Assembly: GCA_965645245.1 (NCBI GenBank)
Contig: OZ287069.1
Coordinates: 1 to 64,000, forward strand
DNA length: 64,000 nt
Reading direction: 5' to 3'
DNA from: Massalongia carnosa
Taxonomy: Eukaryota
The notes below the pieces were generated by a model. The model saw nothing but the letters and a program-made list of their open reading frames with translations, made no database searches and had not been told where the DNA came from. Position 1 is the stretch's first letter, and every line of letters begins with the position of its first letter. The translations under genes and the position numbers were made by a program. This document shows, one piece after another, positions 9,363 to 19,266 of this stretch.

Positions 9363-12300
9363 TCGCCGCTGCTGCCTCCCTACCGGCGACTACTATCAAA
9401 GAGGCATCGGCAAGTCCTAAGACATTGGAAGTCGCACCCTGCATAGAGTACGAAATAACACACGCTAAAGAAACAGCAAAAGCACTAATTGACAGCGGAA
9501 GTGAAGTTAACCTTATTTCTAGAGCTTACGCAAATATATGCGCTCTGACAGTGTTACACTCCAGCGTCAGTTTGGAAGCTATTAATCACCAGCAAGTCAT
9601 GACACATGGCATGGGTCTGTTGGTGTTCGGGGTAACTGATCAATTAGGTCAGCAACGTTTCTTTGAGGAAACATTCCTAATAGCAGATATACCTCATAAT
9701 ATCGTGTTGGGCATGCCATTCCTGCAGCTAGCCAATCCCGATATCGATTGGTCAGCAAGGACCCTGAATTGGCGAGAACTAAGCGTTCAATCGGCCCTGA
9801 TGACTACTCATCGGATAGAGATTATAGAACCAGAAGTCTTCATAGAAGAGGCGTTATCAGAAGATACACCGACCTACGTGGTCCATGCTAAGGCGCTAGG
9901 TGTAGATAACATCCATTCAAGCCGTCGAGCTAGAATAGCCTCAGTGAAGGTACAAGAAATCAAGGTCCCTGAGGCTTATAAGGATTTCGCAGATGTCTTT
10001 TCGGAAGATAGTGCAGCCGAGCTACCAGAGCACGGGCTACATGATCATGCGATCGACCTCGTGGATGGAAAGCAGCCTCCATATGGACCTATTTATAGCC
10101 TATCAGAAACAGAGCTCACAGTGCTAAGGGCCTACCTCGATGCTCACCTGGCTAATGGGTTTATCCGGCCATCTACCTCACCAGCTGGAGCTGCTATTCT
10201 CTTCGTGCCTAAGGCAAATGGTACCCTGAGGCTCTGCGTGGATTATAGGGGTCTGAACAATCTGACAGTTAAAAATCGCTACCCGCTACCATTAGTAGGC
10301 GAGTCTTTAGATCGACTAGGACGGGCCAAACAGTACACCCAATTGGATTTGACTGCAGCCTATAATCGCATCAGAATTAAGAAAGGCGACGAATGGAAGA
10401 CAGCCTTTCGCACCCGATATGGCCATTTCGAATACTGCGTCATGCCGTTCGGATTATCCAATGCTCCGGCCTCCTTCCAAGCCTATATCAATAAAGCGTT
10501 GGCACTAAAACTGGATGTCTTCCGCATCGTTTATTTGGATGATATACTGATCTATACCGAACAGAAGGGTAAGGCCCATGAAGATGCTGTGCGATGGGTG
10601 TTAGAACAACTCCGCAAGCATGGCTTATTTTGTAACTTACAAAAATGCCGATTCAGCACCGACGAAGTCGAATTCCTAGGCTATGTCATCAATCCTAAGG
10701 GTGTTTATATGCGAAAAGATCGCATCCAAGCAGTGCAAAATTGGCCACGGCCCACATGCGTACGCGATGTACAGGTGTTCATAGGCTTCGCGAATTTCTA
10801 TAGACGATTCATTCGTGGGTTCAGTAAAATAGCAGGGCCACTTACCGCTATGCTGAAAACAAAGCCCGCTAATCATAGACAGAAAGCACCTAAGGGTGTC
10901 GAAAGCGAGTTCCTTACGGAGGAAGCTCTAGAGGCTTTTGAGAAGCTGAAAAAGTCGTTCATAGAGGCCCCGGTACTAAGGCATTACGATGCTAGTAAAC
11001 CAGTACGCGTGGAAACCGATGCGTCAGGTTATGCTATTGGCGGCATATTGGCTCAGCAAGATGACGAGGGACAATGGCACCCTGTTGCCTATTACTCACG
11101 CAAGATGCTACCGGCTGAGCGTAATTACGAGACCCATGATGCTGAACTATTAGCGATAGTCGAGGCCTTCAAAATTTGGAGACGTTACCTTGAGGGGTCG
11201 TCTCACGAAATTCTCGTGTTGACTGATCACAATAACCTTACGAGGTTTATGGATACCAAGCGCCTAAGCGGCAGGCAAGTAAGGTGGGCTCAAGAGCTTT
11301 CCAGGTATAATTTCCGCATCGATTATCGTCAGGGTAAGAGGAACCCAGCCGATGGGCTGTCAAGACCTCCTACCGCTGGCGATGATGATGGCGAAGTGCT
11401 GGTTGAAAACCGCAAAACGCTCCACCTTTTGCAGACATCCCTAGCAGATAAGAACGCACGCGTTTGTCTAATGAGGGCAATGTCAGGGGAGTCGTTAGAT
11501 GATGCTTCTGGCCCGACGGGGTCTCACCACGGTGAAATATGGAAGATCATAACATGCGGAACATTGGTTGTTCCGAAGGTGAAGGCATACTGGAGTTCAT
11601 TGCGAAACTCTCTCGCACAGCGCGAGTCACCTTATACTCAACCCGCTTCTAGGGGAGTATTAGAGCGTCTTCCTGAGTTGCAACAGGTTGACGAGGTCGC
11701 TATCACTGTTCGGAAAAGGTTAGCTACCTTGAAAGACAGTGACGTGTCGGGGACACAGGAGGTGGCGCCCTCCAGCGAGCCATGGTCGGACTCGGACCAC
11801 TGTCTATTCCATGAAGGAAAGGCCTACATCCCAGCCTCCTTACGAGGAGAAATTCTTGAGTTAAATCATGATGATCCGCTGGCAGGGCACTTCGGGAAAG
11901 ACAAGACGATTGAGCTAGTGAGTAGAAAGTACTACTGGCCATCGATGAAGTCAGACATAGCACGCTATGTAGAGGGTTGCGACGTCTGCATGAGTAGCAA
12001 AGCTACGAGGCATAAGCCTTATGGAAACTTGCAGTCGTTGCCTATACCAACTCATAAGTGGAAGGACATTACGATGGACTTCGTCACTGGCTTACCTAAG
12101 AGTAAGGACTGGAGGGGAGTTGATTATGACTCCATCCTAGTCGTCGTTGATAGGCTCACCAAGATGGTGCACTATGAGGCAGTGAAGAAAACGCTGACTG
12201 CTGAACAGTTAGCTGAAGTGCTAAGGCACTGCGTGTTCAAGTATCACGGCCTACCTGACTCCATAGTCACCGATCGGGGCTCGCTATTTACATCAAACTT

Positions 12301-13237
12301 CTGGTCATCCCTATGCTATTACATGAAGATAAAGCGTAGGCTAAGCACAGCCTTCCATCCACAAACAGACGGTCAGACAGAACGTCAAAATAGTACCATG
12401 GAAGCTTACCTTAGGTCTTACTGCCGTTTCGAGCAAGATGACTGGGTGCAATGGCTCCCTACCGCTGAATTTGCATACAATAACACCCGTCATTCAAGCA
12501 CCAAGCTCACCCCGTTCGAGGCTAATATAGGCTACCACCCAAGGATGAGTTATGAAGATAACCAAGACCCTCGATCGAAGTCGAAGACAGCTGAGGAACA
12601 GGCTAAAAATCTACGCAATTTGTTAGCAGAGTTGAAAAATAACCTGCAATTAGCCCAAGACAATCAAGCCAAATATCACAATAGAACGGTGAAAGAACGT
12701 TGCTACGCTCCCGATGATATGGTTTGGCTAAACAGCAAACATATTAAGACGAAAAGGAACAAGAAGCTTGAGCATAAGTTCTTGGGTCCCTTTAAGGTGT
12801 TGAGGCCTGTAGGCACTCAAGCTTACGAGCTAGAACTTCCGAAAAGTTGGAAAATACACCCAGTCTTTCATGTGTCTCTACTGGAAAGAGACACCACCAG
12901 AAGGGAGGTAGTAGACGAACAAATGGCTGAACAGCTTGAATTCGAAGACGATGACATGCAAGAGTATGAAGTAGAGTGCATACGAGATAGTGCAGTCTAT
13001 GCAAAAGAAGCAGAAGACGGACGACCGGCTGGATTATATTATCTAGTGCATTGGAAAGGTTATCCCGACGCGGAAGACACATGGGAGCCCGTCGCCGGCG
13101 TCAAACATCTACGAAAGCTATTGAGGGAATTTCATGAGAAAAATCCTACCAAGCCAACAGCAAAGTCCACCCCTCAGGCCACTAGGACTCCCTCATTAGC
13201 GAAAGAAACAGGACGACGCACAAAGAGGACTAAATAA
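9308..13237 (+). CDS. pol: Pol (protease-RT-RNase H-integrase-chromodomain), -1 frameshift from gag
   Basis: ALIDSGS, YLDD, ETDAS, SIVTDRG, TDGQTER, GPF, YLVHWKGY. Slippery A AAA AAA just before the gag stop; pol is in the -1 frame. Confidence 0.96.
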   Translation: MWIPRTLGKRLSPSKKSIVAAAASLPATTIKEASASPKTLEVAPCIEYEITHAKETAKALIDSGSEVNLISRAYANICALTVLHSSVSLEAINHQQVMTHGMGLLVFGVTDQLGQQRFFEETFLIADIPHNIVLGMPFLQLANPDIDWSARTLNWRELSVQSALMTTHRIEIIEPEVFIEEALSEDTPTYVVHAKALGVDNIHSSRRARIASVKVQEIKVPEAYKDFADVFSEDSAAELPEHGLHDHAIDLVDGKQPPYGPIYSLSETELTVLRAYLDAHLANGFIRPSTSPAGAAILFVPKANGTLRLCVDYRGLNNLTVKNRYPLPLVGESLDRLGRAKQYTQLDLTAAYNRIRIKKGDEWKTAFRTRYGHFEYCVMPFGLSNAPASFQAYINKALALKLDVFRIVYLDDILIYTEQKGKAHEDAVRWVLEQLRKHGLFCNLQKCRFSTDEVEFLGYVINPKGVYMRKDRIQAVQNWPRPTCVRDVQVFIGFANFYRRFIRGFSKIAGPLTAMLKTKPANHRQKAPKGVESEFLTEEALEAFEKLKKSFIEAPVLRHYDASKPVRVETDASGYAIGGILAQQDDEGQWHPVAYYSRKMLPAERNYETHDAELLAIVEAFKIWRRYLEGSSHEILVLTDHNNLTRFMDTKRLSGRQVRWAQELSRYNFRIDYRQGKRNPADGLSRPPTAGDDDGEVLVENRKTLHLLQTSLADKNARVCLMRAMSGESLDDASGPTGSHHGEIWKIITCGTLVVPKVKAYWSSLRNSLAQRESPYTQPASRGVLERLPELQQVDEVAITVRKRLATLKDSDVSGTQEVAPSSEPWSDSDHCLFHEGKAYIPASLRGEILELNHDDPLAGHFGKDKTIELVSRKYYWPSMKSDIARYVEGCDVCMSSKATRHKPYGNLQSLPIPTHKWKDITMDFVTGLPKSKDWRGVDYDSILVVVDRLTKMVHYEAVKKTLTAEQLAEVLRHCVFKYHGLPDSIVTDRGSLFTSNFWSSLCYYMKIKRRLSTAFHPQTDGQTERQNSTMEAYLRSYCRFEQDDWVQWLPTAEFAYNNTRHSSTKLTPFEANIGYHPRMSYEDNQDPRSKSKTAEEQAKNLRNLLAELKNNLQLAQDNQAKYHNRTVKERCYAPDDMVWLNSKHIKTKRNKKLEHKFLGPFKVLRPVGTQAYELELPKSWKIHPVFHVSLLERDTTRREVVDEQMAEQLEFEDDDMQEYEVECIRDSAVYAKEAEDGRPAGLYYLVHWKGYPDAEDTWEPVAGVKHLRKLLREFHEKNPTKPTAKSTPQATRTPSLAKETGRRTKRTK

Positions 13238-13614
13238 GGCCAGCACTCTTTTCCTACCACCTGCCCACGAAAAAAGGTTGGAGGTTTTTAATGAGGCTGC
13301 GCTAGGAGCTCAGCAATGTGTTGCAGTAACGTCATGCTCGATTCCATCCAGGCCAGTAGCTCTTTTCCTAGCACCTTCCCTAGAAGGGAGGTGGGAGGTT
13401 TTTAATGAGGCTGAGCCAGAGCATCAAGTTATGTTATCCTAATATCTTCCAAGCTCTTACAAATCCCAACTCTTGCTAGCCTGCATTCAAGCGGCCATCG
13501 ACGTTAAAGCCATCGGCACGATTAACCGCTTGCAATTACCACGCGATGATGGGCTGAACGCACGAACTACCTGGGATGAATTTCGCAGGAGCTCATTACT
13601 AGAAGGGAGGTAAT

Positions 13615-14044
13615 TGTAATAGCGCGGCAATACAGGACTGCGCTTGCTCCTGAGATGACTCACCCAAGAAGACCGGGTGACTGATAATCCGGATGCTTAG
13701 TCATGATAAGGCGGATAGCAATACTAAGCCATCAGCAATCAGCCTTACCAGTTTATTAGGCAGCAACTGAAGCTATTCAGATAAGCCTCGATCTCATGGG
13801 AGGCCTGGGACGCCTAGGAGACCTCAGCTGAAGGCAACAAGGCTATCTGCTAGACCTCAGCTGAAGGCAACAAGGCAGACAGGTAACCAGACAAGTAGTT
13901 AGTAAATAGGACCCCAAGGGGTATATAGAAAGCTCGATTCCCATCTTCAGGGAATCAGCTTTTAGCTTTAGCACCTACCAATCTATTAGCAGTCACACTG
14001 AGCATTATAACCCATAAGGACTAGTGTCTACTGTCCCTCTTATA
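13615..14044 (+). repeat. 3' LTR
   Basis: Copy of 7678-8107, preceded by the PPT. Confidence 0.95.
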
Positions 14045-15289
14045 AGGACTTAGGCAATCGAGGGTTCTCCTGCACATTGTACCTCTCATACTATGACGCC
14101 GCTTGGTTGAAACGAATGAAGAAGTCGCGGAGATCCTTTACTGCTCTCCACCTCCGCTTAAACTCCTCGTGCATAAGCATGTTCCCAACTAGGATGTTCT
14201 CACCATGTGGTGCTACTAGTCGCCACGTCTCCCAATTGATCTTTTGCTTGAACCACCCTAACCCGGATAGCTCTATACTCTCCTTCATCCCGAGTCCTTC
14301 CTTGACGATGGTCTTCCCTCCTTGGATAACCCTCTACCGGTCCTTAAACAGTAGGGACTCTCGTGCCAGCATATTTCCACCGTAGCAGAAGCGGATGTCC
14401 CGCAGCGCAAGATGATGGTCTCAGGCAGCGAGTACGTCTTAGCTGTGTGGGCAAGAACATGTTCGAACAGGAAGCAGTATTTGTTGATCTATGCGTGGAG
14501 GAGGCATAGAAAGTCGATTGTAGGTACAATGTAATATGCCAGTAGAGACGGTGTGTCTGCTATGTCGTCTGCGTCATAGATGTTCCACTGGCACCACTGT
14601 TCATATATCTCCTCCATCATGGTTAGGGATATCCGATGTTCTTCCCTCACTCCATAAGACTTCCAGTGACTGTCCATGAGGTTTGCATGAGCCCGCTTCT
14701 TACTGTGGAGATAGGCAAACTCGCACACACCCCTAGAGAACGTGATATCTCCGCCCTCCTGTTGTAGAGAACGCACATATCTAGGGTCTAGGGCTCGGTT
14801 CTCCACCGAGTCGTCAGTAAAGACGTACACTTTTCGAAGAGTCGAATAGAGTCTTGGCGAGAATATAGAACTGAGAATATATCAGCCCATCCTTGGTCTT
14901 GTCACACTGCGGTGCAGAAAACAGCGTCTGGCTCATCGTATCTCGCATGGTAGCCTAGGAGTATACAGTACGCTTCGGGTTCTCTTTAGCCTTGCTTCCA
15001 TCCGGGTTGAGGACCATCCTCGTCCTGCAATACTCATCTAGGCAGCACTTCTTCCACAAGATCACCTCGGCTTCGTGGTTCTCTGGTATCTGATCACGAG
15101 AAAGTGCCATCTCAGACCTGAGATGTTTCGAATGAAAAAATCTAATTTACTACTACTTTTCATTTACTTACTATTTGGCTTGCTATTTTTTCATGCCAAT
15201 CTCAAAATATCTCTAATTTCTGCTCCGGACCTGCTCCGCTTCTCTCCGCAACGGCCCTGCGCCATCTCCTCCTTGGCACCCGCCAAAGT

Positions 15290-15905
15290 ATCTGTCAAAG
15301 CATCTTCCAAATTGTCTCCCAGATAGCCTCCGCTGATTATTATAAGGCCCCTCATCTAGTCCCTTAATAGCCTTTCAAATAGTCTCCGCTGCTTTTCAGA
15401 TTGTCTCCCAGAAAGCCTCCCACAAAGCCTCTTAAATAGCCTCTCAAATAGCCTCCCAAATAGCCTTTAATTATCTCCCAAGTATCTCTTAAATATCTCC
15501 TCAATAGCCTCCCAAATATTCCCCTAAATAGCTACCAAATAGCCTCTCAAATAGTCTCCGCTGCTTTTCAGATAGCATCTCAAATAGCCTCCCAAATAGC
15601 CTTTCAAATCGCATCGCATATTGCCTCCCAAATAGTTTCCCAGATAGTCTTCACCGCTTTCAAGTAGTCTCCCAAATAGCCTTCCAGATATTCTGCGCTG
15701 CTTTTCGAATAACTCTTCAAATAGCCTCCCAGATAGCTATCAAATAATCTCCCATATAGCCTCCCAAATAACTTTCCAATTAGCCTTCCAAATAGTCTCC
15801 CAGATAATCTCTGCTGCTTTTCAAATAGCCTTTCAAATATTCTCCCAAATAGTTTCCCAAATAGTTTCCCAAATAGCTACCGGATAGCTTCTTGAATAGC
15901 TTCAA
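15290..15905 (-). repeat. Degenerate 12-bp tandem repeat (CCAAATAGCCTC) encoding E/K-A-I-W repeats on the minus strand
   Basis: Dozens of imperfect units, many with TGG-to-TGA and GAG-to-AAG changes. Directly follows ORF 15925..16350. Confidence 0.85.
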
Positions 15906-15924
15906 TATATATCTCCCCCGTTAT

Positions 15925-16350
15925 CTATTTTTTTTCCGCCGCTTTTCGCATAGTTTCTTTAGCTTTTTGGACTCGTGCATCTTGAATTCGTCTATTTTCT
16001 CGAAGCTGTCGATAATGAGGCACTCTAGAAGCATAAGAATAATCGACTCCGTTTTCTCCCTTCCAACCCGGTTTTTTTATTATATGTCGTTTGACGTGAT
16101 TATAAGCTCGTCCGTCTCGAGTCTTATCTATATCATCGTCAATTTTTTTCGTCAAAATATCTTCCGTTAACATTCCTGTATCGAGTTCAGGTTGATATTC
16201 AGCAAGCGTTTCTCGTGCGAGCGATAAATATTTAATTTTTGCACTCGATAACGCGGCAACCCGAAACTCGGAAACGATAGAAGAAAAAATGGGAGCATCT
16301 GAAGAAACAAAACGGGATCGCCAATGAATAACAGGAGTTTGTTTTTGCAC
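15925..16350 (-). pseudogene. Helitron-carried ORF remnant of unknown function, probably once continuous with the EAIW repeat
   Basis: 141-aa frame ending ...ETMRKAAEKK; KAAE units recur inside the downstream repeat. No Rep or Pif1 motifs. Confidence 0.4.
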
Positions 16351-16584
16351 CTAATAAAATCATTAATCAAAACGTCAAAATTCAAATGAGAATTCTTACC
16401 CGAAAAACGCCGTACGGCGAATTGTTGTTATTGTTTATATTTTTGCGGCATCGTTCGATTTGATTTACGGAACGTGCGGAGGCCTGAGTAAGAGCAAAAA
16501 CGTGTTGAGATATGAAGAGCTAAAGTAGATAGAATTATTAGCTGGCTGAGATGAAGGGAGCTGCGATAGAGAAGATTCTTTACC

Positions 16585-19165
16585 GAGTACGGATACGTGG
16601 ATACCCCTTTGGCTACCTGGTCACCCCCTGAGGTTACCTGGACACCCCCCAGTGATACACGGACACCCCCTTCCTAGAATAGGTAAGAATCAAGGGTTCA
16701 GCCCCCTCACTTACCCACTTCGGGGTAAGCTCCCGAAGGTGCACCTCGGGAATTTTATTTCAACCGTAAACACCAACATTTTGGCACTTCGTAAACATCA
16801 TCATCACCAACATTTTGACACTTTATCATATCTGCACCACCTCCTGACCCCCCACCTCCTGCCCACCTCCTGACGGACTTGCACCCCTCGAAGATGAACC
16901 AGCTACTCTACCCCGACCACCTGGCCCTCTACCCCCTGGCGAACTTGCACCCCCCGAGGATGGACAAAGTTTTGAAAGTCTGGAAGACCTGGTTCTACGA
17001 GTCAATGAGCATGCTGGTCGTCAAGGATACGCAGTCGTTTTGGGTCGAACCAAGAAGTCGAAACTTAAGGTAACAAGAAAGGCATGGCTGATATGTGATC
17101 GAGGAAGAAAAACCGACGGACCAAGAGGTCAGGATCGGCGACATACGGGTAGCCGACGAATTGAATACCCTTTCTCTTGTGTGGCCACACGAGAAAACGA
17201 CAGAGGTATCTGGTTTTTGGAGGTGGTCAAATCGACTCATAATCATGCTTCTACCCTCGCTGGTGCTTATCCAGCGTTGATGAAATTGGCGATGACGAAA
17301 GAGGTTAAAAGTGAGATTTCCCGAGCTCTGATCGTGCAAACAGCCCCTTTCAAGATTTTATCTAGTCTTCGTGTTGCTGATCCGACGACGGGAATCAATT
17401 TTGACGATCCAGAAAATCCCTACATCATCAATCCCTTATTCAAACCTCGGGATATCTACAACGTCAAAGCACAGCTTCGTCGCGAGACACTCGGCCCATT
17501 GACTCTGGTTCAGGCATTAATCCGAGAGCTGGATCAAGGAGATTGGACGTATCAGATGCAAAATGATGATCTAGATAGAATAACTCATTTATTCTTTATT
17601 AAGGGCTGTTCTCAACGACTATTGAAGACGAATTACGAGGTGTTGGTAATGGACGCCACTTACCAAACCAACAGATATAAGATGCCCTTATTGATCATCA
17701 GTGGTCAAACCGCCCTACATACCAACTTCTATGTGGCATTTTGCTTCATGGCCAAGGAAGCCACGTCTGATTATACCTGGATGTTGCAGCAATTGCGAGG
17801 TATGTATGATGGGATGATGCTTCCTAACCCGATCGTCATAGTCACGGACATGGAAAAGAGTCTGATAGCTGGAATTGAGGATGTTTTCCCCGCAACCAAT
17901 CATCTGCTTTGCTTATGGCACATCAATAATAACGTCCTGACCAATTGCAAGAAGAGCTTCGATACCAAAGAGGCGTGGGACTCCTTCTTCGCTGACTGGA
18001 AAACGGTCGTTTATGCCTCGTCAGAACCAGAGTTTTTGGAGTCATGGGAGCGATTCAGGATTCAGTATCAGGGTCAGGATCAATTTGTGGAATATCTAAA
18101 CGACATCTACATACCCTTCCGACATCGTTTTGTCAAGTGCTATACCAGTATGATTACTCATTTCGAAACCACCACTACCTCTCGAGGTGAAGGTGGGCAT
18201 GCAGTACTTAAGCGACAGCTAGGGTCATCATCTGGAGATCTTAAGACGGTGGTGGACGGAATCAATCTTCTATTGATCAATGAACTTCACAATCATCTGA
18301 TTCGTCTTGATGAAGCGAAGGTGCGACTACCTATGGATATTCGCATACCTATCTTTCAGGAAATCAGTCCATACGTCACTTCTATGCTTTGAGAAAGATA
18401 ATACCTCAATACGAACGTTTGGTTGGTCAACCATCAGCTATTCCGGCCTGTACTGGAACGTTCAGTTTAACCATGGGTCTTCCGTGCAGTCATAAGATTC
18501 AGGAACGATTGTATTGGGATGGGGGGGGAAAGTTGCTATTGGAAGAAATTCATCCTCATTGGAGGTTTGATAGGACAGCCCGTGTGGCTATTGATAATCC
18601 TTATCTTCGGGTTCAGGCACCCGAAGTTGCTAGACCAAGGGGCAGACCTCCAGGTGCGGAGAATTTGAATAGAAGACAGCAAGCATTCGAGGCATCTACT
18701 AATCGTGATCCTTCCCTTTTCGAGCGGGTGGACCCGGATGCAGATCAATCAGCCGTTCATCGAGCGGACCCGGCACCTGGTCGTGGACGAGGCAGTATAA
18801 CAAGGGGATTGGCAGATAGGCTGACTACAAATGACTCGGAGGCGGGGACGGCGACAGGGGGGGGGGGACGGCGACAGCAAGCGGAGATGAGGAGGTTATC
18901 ATCATTAATTAGACCAAATGAGGCTTAGTTTCTAGAATCAGAGTCTGATTTGCAAAGACAGTGCCAATCGACTTCGTTTCAGAAATTCCCGACCACTTTC
19001 AAAAGTTGAAGGAAAAAATTGCCCCGATATGCGCCCGGGAGCTTACCCCGAAGTGGGTAAGTGAGGGGCCTGAACCCTTGATTCTTACCTATTCTAGGAA
19101 GGGGGTGTCCGTGTATCACTGGGGGGTGTCCAGGTAACCAAAGGGGTGTCCACGTATCCGTACTC
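16585..19165 (+). mobile_element. Mutator (MULE) DNA transposon nested in the Helitron
   Basis: ~150-bp TIRs GAGTACGGATACGTGG... / ...CCACGTATCCGTACTC. 8-bp TSD TCTTTACC (16577-16584 / 19166-19173). The left TIR has a ~22-bp internal duplication. Confidence 0.93.
17040..18928 (+). pseudogene. MULE transposase with a frameshift near 18385
   Basis: FAR1/WRKY-like N-terminus (C...HNH), VMDATYQTN, IVTDME, CLWH, TSRGEGGH; SWIM-like GLPCSH in ORF 18389..18928. The frame extends upstream of 17040. Confidence 0.9.
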
Positions 19166-19186
19166 TCTTTACCTGATTGAAATGGA

Positions 19187-19266
19187 TAAAAGCTGCGGTG
19201 AAAAGAGCTGCGGTGAAAAGAGCTGCGGTAAAAAGAGCGGCGGTGAAAAGGCTACGGTGAAAAGAG
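19187..19266 (+). repeat. 15-bp tandem repeat AAAAGAGCTGCGGTG (~5 copies) inside the Helitron
   Basis: Seen directly. Confidence 0.85.

Larger units (their letters stand above)
7678..14044 (+). mobile_element. Full-length chromovirus Ty3/Gypsy LTR retrotransposon (6367 bp)
   Basis: 430-bp LTRs 7678-8107 and 13615-14044, identical by eye. 5-bp TSD AGGAC (7673-7677 / 14045-14049). PPT AGAAGGGAGG before the 3' LTR. Intact gag and pol. Confidence 0.97.
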
